From positions 107,818,001-107,882,000 of the forward strand of contig OZ024741.1 of the NCBI GenBank assembly GCA_964016885.1: DNA of 64,000 nucleotides. Reading direction: 5' to 3'. Below the pieces are notes generated by a model, which was given only the letters and a program-made list of their open reading frames with translations, had not been told where the DNA came from and ran no database searches. This document shows positions 11,996-24,162 of the stretch, one piece after another. Source of the DNA: Eledone cirrhosa. Taxonomy: Eukaryota. Each line of letters opens with the position of its first letter. Position 1 is the stretch's first letter. A program made the translations under genes and the position numbers.

Positions 11996-13130
11996 CTAGC
12001 AGAATAGCCCGGCGTTACTCGGGATTTGCTCTAGGGTTCTTATATATTTGATATATATATTTATCTTTATTGAACCTCGTGAAATAAATACGTTTATTTA
12101 TATTTTGTTATTGTGTATGCAAAAATATCTGTACACGAATATATAATTATATATATATCTCCTTATAATATATAACCAGCAATTTCTCTGTCTGTCTGTC
12201 CGACGCGTAGAGAGAGAGTGAGAGTGAAAGAAAGAGACAGACTACAAGAGGGGGATAGCGGGAGGGAGAGAGAGAGAGACGCTGGAAGATGGGAAGAAGG
12301 AAAGCTATGTCTTGCTGTCTGCATTACGATACATATATATATATACACACACACACTGAGCGCGTCATAATGACGTAATGCAGACAGCCAGACATACAGA
12401 CAGATATTATAAGGGCGCAACGTTATATCTATGTATCTATCTAAAAAGAAAGACTAAGAATTATATAGAGAGAACGCTAAATCGCCTAATGCGGTCCCTA
12501 GGGCATTGAAAATTTGAAATAATCTTTGCTCAAAACACTCACAGGACCATAAGTATTACATGCCTAAAATTTGAAAACAATCGGTTGGATGGTTCTCAAG
12601 TTTTAGTGAGCTGACAGACAGACAGACATTCTCTGTTTTAGATATATAGACTAGCAGAAAACCGCCCCATGAGCGGTTTTCTGCTAGTCTATATATCTAA
12701 AACAGAGAATGTCTGTCTGTCTGTCTGTCACCTCACTAAAACTTGAGAACCACCCAACCGATTGTTTTCAAACTTTACACATGTAATACTTATGGTCCTC
12801 TGAGTGTTTTGGGCAAAAGATATTTCAAATTTTCAATGCCCTAGGGACCGCATTAGGCGATTTAGCGATCTCTCTCTATAATTCTTAGTCTTTCTTTTTA
12901 GATAGATACATAGATATAGCGTTGCGCCCTTATAATATCTGTCTTTATGCCTGGCTGTCTGCATTACGTCATTATGACGCGATCAGTGTGTGTGTGTATA
13001 TATATGTATCGTAATGCAGACAGCAAGACATATAGCTTTCCTTCCCCTCTCCCAGCGTGTCTCTCTCTCTCTCTCCCACTATCCCCCTCTTTTAGTCTGT
13101 CTGTTTCTTTCACTCTCACTCTTTCTCTTT
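11996..13130. mobile_element. Non-autonomous Helitron-like elements arranged as a palindrome centred at ~12669
   Basis: 5' TC start TCTATATATCTAAAACAGAG at 12688 (plus) and 12650 (minus); hairpin+CTAG ends at 11996 and 12651-12687; (CTGT)n near the 5' end. Confidence 0.65.
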
Positions 13131-13689
13131 ATAACTCACTCACATTAATACTAAAGGGTTAAGGTATTGTTCTCAAAATAAATAATATTAAATCTATGAG
13201 ATTTTTATATTATGTGAGATAAAGCCTTTACCATGAAAATAATATAGAATATATAGAGGAATGTAAATGCTAAAGGGTTAATTCCATCAGACCATGTGAG
13301 AGAGTTTATAATCACACACGCACACATACACATTCACGCATGCAAACGTACACAAACTCACACACACACGCGCGCACGTACACACACATGCAATAGTTAT
13401 TCCACTGTCATGTATCTTTGACGCATACAACTCTCAAAAGACGGCGTTTGTCACTCTCACTCTCTCTATCTCCCGCTATCCCCCTCTTTTAGTCTGTCTG
13501 TTTCTTTCACTCTCACTCTTTCTCTCTGTAACTCGTTCACATTTCTCCCCTCTATCGAAAAAACGGTGTGACGAATGGGGAGGAGGAGGAGGAGGAGTAG
13601 AGAGCCACCTCTTCACTTCGCCTCTCCGTTTCTTTCTCTCCCCTCTCACTCCCTCATTATGTACATACATTGGCCACTTCACTAATTCA

Positions 13690-13829
13690 ATCCCTAGGTC
13701 AGAATAATTTGAAATTCTTTTTGCTCAAAACACTTCCAGGGCCATACGGGTAACATGTGTAAAGTTTTAAAAAAAACGGTTGGGTACTTCTCGAGTTTTA
13801 GGGAAACAGACACACAGACAGACATCCTC

Positions 13830-13836
<7 letters not shown>
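13690..13836 (-). mobile_element. Additional Helitron-like 5' fragment
   Basis: Similar to 12495-12650. Confidence 0.5.
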
Positions 13837-13918
<82 letters not shown>

Positions 13919-14187
13919 GTATAGGATTATCCAAGATGCAGTGATGGTTAATTACTACACTGGATATGGTTGACGTACGGTAAGAGGTTACTCTACGAGT
14001 TATGGAAGAATTGTTCAAGAAACTTAGTTCCTGATCCTTCAGTATTCCGGAGTGTATATAAAGAATGAATAATAACAGGTAGACATCATAAAAAGGACGC
14101 GCCAATCACTCGTCTGAATCATATGGTTTTAAATCATGTAAAAAACCACCTACAAACCCTCACCTCGAAGCTTTCGAACAGGACTTA

Positions 14188-16287
14188 TTGAAAACTACCA
14201 TGAACATTAAGTTCAACAGACATAGAAATAATGAGCTGCAGAACAACATGAAAGCACTACTCCGAAGATTGCAAAATACCAATGGAATTGTTGTGAAAGC
14301 TGACAAGACTTCTAACGTGTATACCATGGATATCGATACGTATAATAACTTCATACGCAACGAACTACACAAAAAATATAGAAAAACAAATGAAACTACG
14401 CTAGCAAATATTAACAACGAGGCATACAAAGTGGTAAAGAATCTCAAGATAGACGATAGAACCGAGCCGATTATACCCGCTACCCCCACCTTCAACCTGA
14501 AGGACCATAAGGTAAATTTTGACTCTAACCCTAAGATTAGACTTATATGCCCTTCTAAATCAGACATAGGGAAAATTAGTAAACATATACTTGACAGAGT
14601 AATAACTCAAGTGAAAAAGAAAATTGAAATTAAATTATGGGGCAACACTAGCGAAGCAATTCGCTGGTTTAATAATGTTAAGAATAAGAATAAATCTAAG
14701 TTTATACAATTTTACATAGACGAATACTACTCTTCCATCTCACCAAGCACTTTACGTAAGGCCCTATCGTTTGCTAAGGCCAATTCCGACCTAACGGAGG
14801 ACGAAATTAATATTATTCTCGAGGCTAGAAAAACCATTATTAAGTTCGATAACTGCTACTGGGAACGTAAGGACAGACCCACAAATTTCGATATTACCAT
14901 GGGTTCCAACGACTCGGCAGAGGTCACGGATCTCGTGGGAATTTACATAGCCCACATATTACATAGTAGATTTAGTAATCTACAGGGGGGGATATATAGA
15001 GATGACGGGCTCTTATTAGTTAATAACTTGAATAACCAAAATCTTGAAAGGCTACGGAAAAATATTAGAAAATCTTTTAGTGAACTGGGCCTAAAAATAA
15101 CATACGAATACAATCTTAAGGTAGTAAACTTTCTGGACGTAACTCTTAATTTAAATACCGGACAGATACGACCCTTCCACAAGGTAAATGAGAACCTTAC
15201 GTATATTGACTTTAACTCTAACCACCCACTCTCCATGATCAAATCAGTTCCCCGGAGTATTTCTCTTAGAATCTCTCGCCTATCGTCTAACTCTGATATT
15301 TTTAGCGAACATGCTGAATACTACAATAATGCATTAAGGAATGCTGACCACCGGGATACAATAGAATACATCGATAGTAATTTCCACAACACACATAGCT
15401 CTACACGTAATCAAGGTATACGTAACCGGGGGACTAAAACACAAGCACACACACACTATACTACCAGACATACTAATAATAGAAGATCACCACCAAATAA
15501 ATCACGTTGTAGAAAGTATATCTGGTATAATCCTATTTTTAATGCCTCGATTAGTACAAAACTATCTCTTTCATTCTTTAAATTAATCAATAAACACTTC
15601 CCTAGTTCCCATAAGTACAGCAAAATTCTGAACTCCAAAACTATTAGACTATCATACTCCACGGCACCAAACCTTGAAGCATACATAAAAAAACTTAACT
15701 TAAGGCAATTAAACAACTCTACAAAACAAAACATTTTAGTAACAGATGGGCAGAACGCAATATCTGCCTCCCAACCACTAAATGGGAGACGGGTATTGCA
15801 CAACCCACCTGTACCGCTATCACAACCTATCCATGGTATACCCGCTACCCACAACAAAGCATGTAACTGCCATCTACCTGAAAGATGTCCATTGCAGAAT
15901 GAATGCCTAAAGTCCAACATTGTTTACCAATGCACGGTTGAATCGGACGACCAGAAATGGTATTATATCGGATCTACCACCACATCGTTTAAATCTCGCT
16001 GGTACCGTCATCGATTCTCAATCAAACATCAGAATCACCGTTTTGTGACCACGCTCGCCAACAAGACCTGGCAACTCCGTGAACACAACCAACAGTTCAC
16101 CTTAAAATGGGATATACTTTCCAGCGCAAATGCATATCGGAGTGGTTTGAAGTACTGCAGGTTATGTAACCTTGAGCTATTTTACATACTAAAATCCAAA
16201 AACAAACTACTTAACGATAGAATTGAACGATCATTATACTGCAACCACAAACTAAAAGCTAAATTCTCTCACTATAAAATAACTTAA
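14188..16287 (+). CDS. PLE reverse transcriptase with C-terminal GIY-YIG endonuclease (5'-truncated; frame open from ~14098; possibly Hydra clade)
   Basis: KADKTSN, LKDHK, ITMGS.DSAE, YRDDG, NFLDV, SNHP; VYQC..YIGST..FKSRW..H; CRLC..E, CNH. Confidence 0.95.
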   Translation: MKTTMNIKFNRHRNNELQNNMKALLRRLQNTNGIVVKADKTSNVYTMDIDTYNNFIRNELHKKYRKTNETTLANINNEAYKVVKNLKIDDRTEPIIPATPTFNLKDHKVNFDSNPKIRLICPSKSDIGKISKHILDRVITQVKKKIEIKLWGNTSEAIRWFNNVKNKNKSKFIQFYIDEYYSSISPSTLRKALSFAKANSDLTEDEINIILEARKTIIKFDNCYWERKDRPTNFDITMGSNDSAEVTDLVGIYIAHILHSRFSNLQGGIYRDDGLLLVNNLNNQNLERLRKNIRKSFSELGLKITYEYNLKVVNFLDVTLNLNTGQIRPFHKVNENLTYIDFNSNHPLSMIKSVPRSISLRISRLSSNSDIFSEHAEYYNNALRNADHRDTIEYIDSNFHNTHSSTRNQGIRNRGTKTQAHTHYTTRHTNNRRSPPNKSRCRKYIWYNPIFNASISTKLSLSFFKLINKHFPSSHKYSKILNSKTIRLSYSTAPNLEAYIKKLNLRQLNNSTKQNILVTDGQNAISASQPLNGRRVLHNPPVPLSQPIHGIPATHNKACNCHLPERCPLQNECLKSNIVYQCTVESDDQKWYYIGSTTTSFKSRWYRHRFSIKHQNHRFVTTLANKTWQLREHNQQFTLKWDILSSANAYRSGLKYCRLCNLELFYILKSKNKLLNDRIERSLYCNHKLKAKFSHYKIT

Positions 16288-16780
16288 CATTCGAACCCGT
16301 AACTACAACACCACTTTCTAGCTAACAACCTTCTCTTCTCCCCCACACTACAAGACAATACACTGCTTATCACTATACATGGTAACTCAGTACAATTCCT
16401 AGATTACTACTACAAAACCAAAAGTTCACTCACCACATATACTTTATCTGTCCCCTCTCTACCTATATATCTCTCTCTACATCCATTACACTCTCTCTCT
16501 CTCACCTTTGACCTACCTCCCTCTCAACATCTATGAACCTGACCTCTGGGGCAATAAATAATTCCGACCTCAACTATCTACGCATCTCTCCAAAAGTAAC
16601 TAATAAAACCCCTACCATAACATTTTGATTAAGATATCTACAAGCCACTCTCTCCTACTTCTCCAACCCCTGCATATCTTTCCTTCTCTCTCCATCTTCC
16701 CTACTTTTCTCTCTTCCTGTTCCACTCTATCTTCCCCAACAACCCCACTTAAGGGTTTTTACATTGTATATTTACCATTC

Positions 16781-16892
16781 TGCTCCGAGGAAACAGTGGT
16801 CACAGCATTGGATATTCGAGTTCTGCAAATACTTGTGAATTTGCACGTAGCGGAACTAGGCTGCAGTACCACCGTGGAAACACTTGTAAGCA
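16781..16892 (+). ncRNA. Type I hammerhead, U4C variant, ~85-nt stem II
   Basis: ugcu CCGAGGA aacaguggu...accaccgug GAAAC ACUU GUA agca. Confidence 0.7.
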
Positions 16893-16939
16893 CACGGAAT
16901 AAACTACCTTTTTATGATGTCTACCTGTTATTATTCATT

Positions 16940-16971
<32 letters not shown>

Positions 16972-16974
<3 letters not shown>

Positions 16975-17333
16975 AACTCTGGAATCCGGGGAGCATGCCC
17001 AGCTAACCTCAGTCTCTTCTGTGTCACTTTTGAGCTAACTTTTGGGAGGCTCCCACACAGCTCTGAGTTTTTCATCCTCAGTGTATACTGATTAATGTTC
17101 AAAGCCATCCTCAGTATACTCGTGTAGCACCCATCCACGATCTGAGTGTGTTTCTTGGTCAGTGTCCAAGTCTCAGAACCGTACAGCAGCACAGACTTCA
17201 CTACAGCAATGAAGAGGCGGATTTTCAGCTCTCCTCGAAGGTCCGACTTCCACACCGATATGGCAGCGATAATGAAGGACAGAGACCGCTGGAGAGAACT
17301 CGTCCATGGATCTCGGGAATTTTACCAGCACTA

Positions 17334-17334
<1 letters not shown>
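16972..17334. mobile_element. RTE-like LINE fragment with 5' inversion
   Basis: Minus 16972-17255 KIRLF..V.SVLLYGSETWTLTK; plus 17256-17334 MKDRDRWRELVH...stop. Confidence 0.7.
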
Positions 17335-17391
<57 letters not shown>

Positions 17392-17689
17392 TATGAGTGT
17401 ATAATGAGTACAATGGTAACAATACACGCATGTGTACATACCCACCATAAATAAATAAACACCTACAGTTGACAAACTCTCTCTCTCTCCTACAGTCAGC
17501 ATATTAATGAAGCGCTTATGTTTGTATGGATATTTGCGTACCTGTAAAATATATGCATTCATGTTCCAAACACACACACTTTCATACATAAAAGAACATC
17601 TATATATTTATTTATAACTTCGTCTCGTTTACCGTCTCTGAATATATATAATTGTTTCTACTTTAGGCACAAGGCCAGCAATTACCCAG

Positions 17690-18360
17690 TGGTTGCACAT
17701 GGATTAAATATGATCAAAATAGTCCTTCGTCAGTGATTTTCCAATGATGGTTGGAAAATCACTGACGAAGGACTATTTTCTTCATATATAACCCATGTGC
17801 AACCACGCAGTATTCTTCTTTCTTCTCGTGTTTTTTATATATATTTACCTCGGCTGCGTTTGTCTGTTTCTCTCTTACTGCTTCCCCGCTCTCTCTTTTT
17901 CTCTCACCTTCTCTCGCCCCCTCTGTCAGTTACACTTTCTCTCGACTGACTTCTTCCTCACACTTCCACTCACTCACTCTCTGTTTCTCCCCTTCTCCCT
18001 TCCTCCCGTTTGGCTTGTAGTGGGTCTCTTCTTGCTTACATCTCACACACATCGGACGCTCTGTACCTCTCTCGCTAATTAAATCCACCCAGCTTAAGCT
18101 GACCGACAACCATGTTGCTTGTTTATTTTCCTATCTTCGGTTTGCTTTTATCCTTCTATGTTGTTTACTTGTCCCCCTCGCTTTACGCGAATTACTGGTC
18201 CCAATAACTTTTTTAGTTATTGCTCGCACCAACCTGAGGTATCTGATTTTTAATACGATGAAATACCAATGATGGTTAGAAAATCACTGACGAAGGACTA
18301 TTTTGATCATATGTAACCCATGTGCAACCACGCAGTATTCTTCTTTCTTCTCATGTTTTA
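17690..18360 (+). mobile_element. Second retrozyme-like direct-repeat element with 5' fold-back
   Basis: Repeats 17741-17835 and 18266-18360 (period 525); 17690-17744 is an inverted copy; CT-rich interior. Confidence 0.75.
18224..18329 (+). ncRNA. Candidate non-circularly permuted hammerhead ribozyme with K-turn
   Basis: GGUAU-C-ugauuuuu ... GAA-AUACC-AAU-GA ... gaaaauca-CUGACGA. Confidence 0.75.
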
Positions 18361-18379
18361 TATATATATATATATATAT

Positions 18380-21354
18380 GTAGGAGGTGAGTTTTATTGT
18401 AGTACAATAAAGCAATGCAGATATCGGATAAGAAGCACTCTACAGTTTGTGGGACTGGAGTATGCATAATATAAGATCAAAAGATGGTTAAAGGAGTTCC
18501 ATATATTTTATTATGCGCATTTCAAAAACAAACATCATCAAACAATAATATTTGCGTTTTCATCAGATAAAACAGGAGAACATGATATGAAGGCTAAAAA
18601 ACACTTGTTGATAGTGCAGTTTTAAATCAACATATGAAAAGTGGTTTTAGATTGATGTGTGATATTGGGAAAAATATTTTATTTAGAGAGGGGGGGGGGG
18701 GGAGAAAAGGATGAAAAGGGAAGGAGATGAGAGGGAGAGATGGGTGATAGAGAGAAAGAGATAGTTTTTATAACTGAGAGGAGATATATTTTATATAGAG
18801 GGGTTGAAAACCGTTGGAAGATACTGTATAAATTAAAAATTTTGAAAATTAACGAAGGGAGGATATGTGCGAGGAAAAAATATTTTATTTAGGGAGGGGG
18901 GGGGGGAAAGGATGAAAGAAAGGGGAGGAGATGAGAGTGAAGGTGGAAAGGGAGAGATGGGTGATAGAGAGAAAGAGATAGTTTTTATAACTGAGAAAAA
19001 GATATAATGTTTTAATATAGAGAGGTTGGGAACCGTTGGAAGATAATGTATAAATTAAAGGAATTTGAAAATTAACGAAGGGAAATTATGTATGAAGATA
19101 GAGAGAAAAAAATAATAATTGTGGGTCAATATTCTAACGTCGATTTCAAAATTAGCAAAGAGAAAAAAAGGTTTATGTGTAGAAGGATTTGAGAAAAATA
19201 ATGTGAAGTTAAAGTTTGTATATTGAATTCATATGTATTAATAATGAGTTCGTTGATGGGGAGAAAAAAATAATAATAAATTAAGGATGAAATTGAGATT
19301 AAAAAGATTTATGATAGAGAGAAAATAATAATGATTGCGGATGAATACTCAAAATGTCAAAAACAAATGTTATTGTTTTACGAGAAGATAGAATGAGGGT
19401 AATGAGTAAACGAGTATTATAGAGTGTATAATGCCCTTTAAAGTAAGGTAGATGGGTATATTTTAAAGAATATATGAGTATATATTAAAAAAAATATAAT
19501 AATAAATTAAGGATGAAATTGAGATTAAAAAGATTTATGATAGAGAGAAAAAATAATAATGATTGCGGATGAATATTCAAAGTGTCAAAAACAAATGTTA
19601 TTGTTTTACGAGAAGATAGAATGAGGGTAATGAGTAAACGAGTATTATAGAGTGTATAATGCCCTTTAAAGTAAGGTAGATGGGTATATTTTAAAGAGGT
19701 GTATGTATATGTGCCTTTGAGAAAAGATTCTAAATTGATAAAGAATTGAATATTAACTGTATACTTTGTGAAAAGTTCTATGGAATTTATGCAGGCAGAT
19801 AGAAAACAAATCTGAGCGTCTATTTATTATGGATTCTAGGTTAGAGATAATGGTAAATTTTTCATTTAGGCAGAGATTACAGATTTTAGATAGAGAGCTG
19901 TTCAAGTATGTTCATACTTGAACAGCTCTCTATCTAAAATCTGTAATCTCTGCCTAAATGAAAAATTTACCATTATCTCTAACCTAGAATCCATAATAAA
20001 TAGACGCTCAGATTTGTTTTCTATCTGCCTGCATAAATTCCATAGAACTTTTCACAAAGTATACAGTTAATATTCAATTCTTTATCAATTTAGAATCTTT
20101 TCTCAAAGGCACATATACATACACCTCTTTAAAATATACCCATCTACCTTACTTTAAAGGGCATTATACACTCTATAATACTCGTTTACTCATTACCCTC
20201 ATTCTATCTTCTCGTAAAACAATAACATTTGTTTTTGACACTTTGAATATTCATCCGCAATCATTATTATTTTTTCTCTCTATCATAAATCTTTTTAATC
20301 TCAATTTCATCCTTAATTTATTATTATATTTTTTTTAATATATACTCATATATTCTTTAAAATATACCCATCTACCTTACTTTAAAGGGCATTATACACT
20401 CTATAATACTCGTTTACTCATTACCCTCATTCTATCTTCTCGTAAAACAATAACATTTGTTTTTGACATTTTGAGTATTCATCCGCAATCATTATTATTT
20501 TCTCTCTATCATAAATCTTTTTAATCTCAATTTCATCCTTAATTTATTATTATTTTTTTCTCCCCATCAACGAACTCATTATTAATACATATGAATTCAA
20601 TATACAAACTTTAACTTCACATTATTTTTCTCAAATCCTTCTACACATAAACCTTTTTTTCTCTTTGCTAATTTTGAAATCGACGTTAGAATATTGACCC
20701 ACAATTATTATTTTTTTCTCTCTATCTTCATACATAATTTCCCTTCGTTAATTTTCAAATTCCTTTAATTTATACATTATCTTCCAACGGTTCCCAACCT
20801 CTCTATATTAAAACATTATATCTTTTTCTCAGTTATAAAAACTATCTCTTTCTCTCTATCACCCATCTCTCCCTTTCCACCTTCACTCTCATCTCCTCCC
20901 CTTTCTTTCATCCTTTCCACCCCCCCCTCCCTAAATAAAATATTTTTTCCTCGCACATATCCTCCCTTCGTTAATTTTCAAAATTTTTAATTTATACAGT
21001 ATCTTCCAACGGTTTTCAACCCCTCTATATAAAATATATCTCCTCTCAGTTATAAAAACTATCTCTTTCTCTCTATCACCCATCTCTCCCTCTCATCTCC
21101 TTCCCTTTTCATCCTTTTCTCCCCCCCCCCTCTCTAAATAAAATATTTTTCCCAATATCACACATCAATCTAAAACCACTTTTCATATGTTGATTTAAAA
21201 CTGCACTATCAACAAGTGTTTTTTAGCCTTCATATCATGTTCTCCTGTTTTATCTGATGAAAACGCAAATATTATTGTTTGATGATGTTTGTTTTTGAAA
21301 TGCGCATAATAAAATATATGGAACTCCTTTAACCATCTTTTGATCTTATATTAT
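18380..21354. mobile_element. PLE (family F) as a near-perfect 2.9 kb palindrome plus tail
   Basis: Arms 18466-19910 and 19913-21354; the right arm begins with the GIY-YIG C-terminus KICNLCLNEKF..INRRSDLFSICLHK. Confidence 0.9.
21248..21314 (+). ncRNA. Canonical type I hammerhead (copies 18506-18572 minus, 56719-56785 plus)
   Basis: uuuuau CUGAUGA ...stem II... GAAA UGCGCA UA auaaaa. Confidence 0.9.
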
Positions 21355-22096
21355 ATATATATATATATATATTCAGAGACTGTAAACGAGACAAAGTTAT
21401 AAATAAATATATAGATGTTCTGTTATGTATGAAAGTGTATATGTGTGTGTGTTTGGAACATGAACGCATATATTTTACAGGTACGCAAATATCCAAACAC
21501 ACATAAACACAAACGCTTCATTAATATGCTGACTGTAGGAGAGAGAGAGTATGTCAACTGTAGCTGTTTATATATTTATAGATTGTTTCAAGCATGACAT
21601 GTCTGACCAACCTGACACATTCAGAAACTATAAAAACATTAAAAAACACACTTCTTAAACCATCACCGCGTCATTAATCCTTTCGTAGTTATTTCCATAA
21701 TAAACGTAGACATTTGTGACAAAATGGCGGTAGCTAAAGTAAAATATATTAATGGCCATTGTTAAAGTTGGGAGAATATCGTGAAGATATATGTATGACA
21801 ACAGTGATAATATAGAAATGGATATATTGTACACCTGTGTGTGTAAGTGTGCTTGTGCATGTGTTTCTGTGTGTGTGCGTATGTGTGTGTGTGTGGTTGT
21901 GGGTGTTTGTGTGTGTCATTTATGTAACAGCTTAATTATCACGTCATATAGAAGTTGAAATTGCAACTGCTGCTTTTAGAAGTCATTCGATGTTTTCAAA
22001 ATATTAGAAAGATCTTATGACTATGACTAACGGTTTTAATCGTTAGTCTTATTTCCTTTTATATATATATATATATATATATATAAATATATATAA

Positions 22097-22236
22097 CGAA
22101 GGAGTTGTGGTAAGGAACCAGATGGACCATAACGCACCAGAGTACTCAATACTCAGGGTAGTAGGATGGGTAATAGGAAAATATAAGATCCCGACGGCAG
22201 AGCTCAAGCCGCTTCGACGGCTATTTCTGGACTGAA
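22097..22236 (-). mobile_element. Family G PLE 3' end/tail fragment
   Basis: Matches 43512-43652 and 57419-57553. Confidence 0.7.
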
Positions 22237-22361
22237 GTATGTATCACAGCATTATCATTATAAAGTACCAGTAATGCACTGGATAATTGGTGGCCTTGTA
22301 CCAAAAGTAGAAACAATTATCCTTAAAGGACTCTAATATCTGAAACTGCTTCGCATTTTCT

Positions 22362-22440
<79 letters not shown>

Positions 22441-22445
<5 letters not shown>

Positions 22446-22925
22446 AGAAAATGCGAAGCAGTTTCAGATATTAAAATCCTTTAATGATAATGCTGTGATA
22501 CATATTTCAAATACGACAGTGGACACATGTTTCCGTGTTACCCAGTGCTGTGACATCATCAGACAGCTTCTTACATAATAAGGTTACGTTCCCGAGGCAA
22601 TCCAAATTGACTCGACAAGGGAACGGACAAAGCGGTTGTTCTTGAATCCTTCGCCCGTTCCCCTATGAGTCCCAATTCAACCCCACCGGTTTGCGCAGGC
22701 GCAAGTCCGAAGGAAGTTAACCATCCACTACCGCAAAACTCTACGAAACTCGCCTAGGCAAGTCCACCACACCCTAACGAAACAATCACCCCAATCCAGA
22801 TCTGTAATATGACACGGTTATAGTTTACTGCTAGTCGCCCTGCCAGTGGTAGTTGACCGAAACCTAGTGGTGGTGGCAGAGTATGAGTTTCAATAGGCCT
22901 CGATACTACCCCTAAATTATGCTTG
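22441..22925 (-). mobile_element. Degraded PLE endonuclease/3' end with HHR at 22516-22567
   Basis: Minus ...RSLVESIWI...; gcugu CUGAUGA ugucac...guaaca cg GAAAC AUGU GUC; stem I imperfect. Confidence 0.6.
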
Positions 22926-23689
22926 ATATATATATATATGTGTGTGTGTGTGTGTATGTATCCTTTATATAAATATATATATATATATATATATAACTAC
23001 ATAAACGGAGAAAGCTATTAGCGATACTCCGACCTGTTTCCAACTCACTCAACAAACATTATAAAATACCGGAGTATATTCCCAATTAAACGTTTGGAGT
23101 GCTAACTATATTGTATTGTGTGGATAATTGGCTGTATTATTTTAATGAGATATATTAAAGATCTCATATATATTTATATTTATATTAATATATATATCTA
23201 CATATATATGTGTTGTGTGTGTTTGTATGTATGAGTGTGTGTGGGGGATTGTTTGTATGTAAAATGTAAACAGAAATAACAAAGCAACTCACCCAGTACA
23301 ATGAAGATATATATTAGTTTAACGTATTGTGTCTTAACGTTAGAGATTAGAGAATACTGTGTTGGACTGGAATGTGATAAATCAAGTACAAAGAAATGAG
23401 AGGAGATGGAATGAAATACGAACAGAGTGTACATTACAGATAGAAAACGTAGGGATCATGACAGACATAGCGAATATAAGGAAATTCAGATCTTCAACCG
23501 ACTTCTCTAAATTCCCATTTTTTTCAAAAGTCACAGAGTCAGGAAACGAAAGCCTAGAGTCCTACCCCGGCAACACTACCAAATTAAGAAGGCATTTGAG
23601 AGAATAATGTGCGGGCACCGTGCTGATAGGCTAACAAGCAATTTGAACGAATAAAAAGATTGTAAAGAAATACCTGGGATAAAATAACG

Positions 23690-24162
23690 CTTTCTTATAT
23701 AGGCACAAGCCCAGAAATTTTGGGGTAGGGGAAAGACGATTAAATCGACCCCAGTGCGTGACTGGTACTTTATTTCATCGACCCCGTAAGAATGAAAGGC
23801 AAAGTTAACGTCGCCGGGATTTGAACTCAGATCATAAAGGACCGTAACTCTATGCTGCAAAGCATGGTGCCCGACCCTCTACCGATACTGCCAATCCACT
23901 ACCCTTACCCATGATAAAATAATCGACACAGACTGTGTGTCTGTGAACAACAGCAGTATATATGTCGACAGCAGTATATAATTGTTTCTACTTTAGGCAC
24001 AAGGCCAGCAATTACCCAGTGCATTACTGGTACTTTATTTTATCGACCCCGTAAGGATGAAAGGCAAAGTCAACCTCGGCGGGATTTGAAATCAGATCGT
24101 TAAGGGACGTAACTATGCTGGAAAGCATGGCGTCCGACCCTCTACCGATACTGCCAATCCAC
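23690..24162 (-). mobile_element. Two Meta-like SINE copies
   Basis: Same A/B boxes and core as 1607-1787. Confidence 0.85.

Larger units (their letters stand above)
13916..16948 (+). mobile_element. Penelope-like element (family E) capped by an inverted 3' end plus tail
   Basis: 14055-14096 is the reverse complement of 16907-16948; TA flanks; HHR in 3' UTR. Confidence 0.93.

Noticed and set aside
18231-18277. Box C/D snoRNA or TPP-riboswitch reading of the UGAG / AUGAUG / CUGA motifs
   Set aside because: The D-like box precedes the C-like box with no guide region, and the TPP helices cannot be built; a hammerhead with K-turn explains all conserved bases
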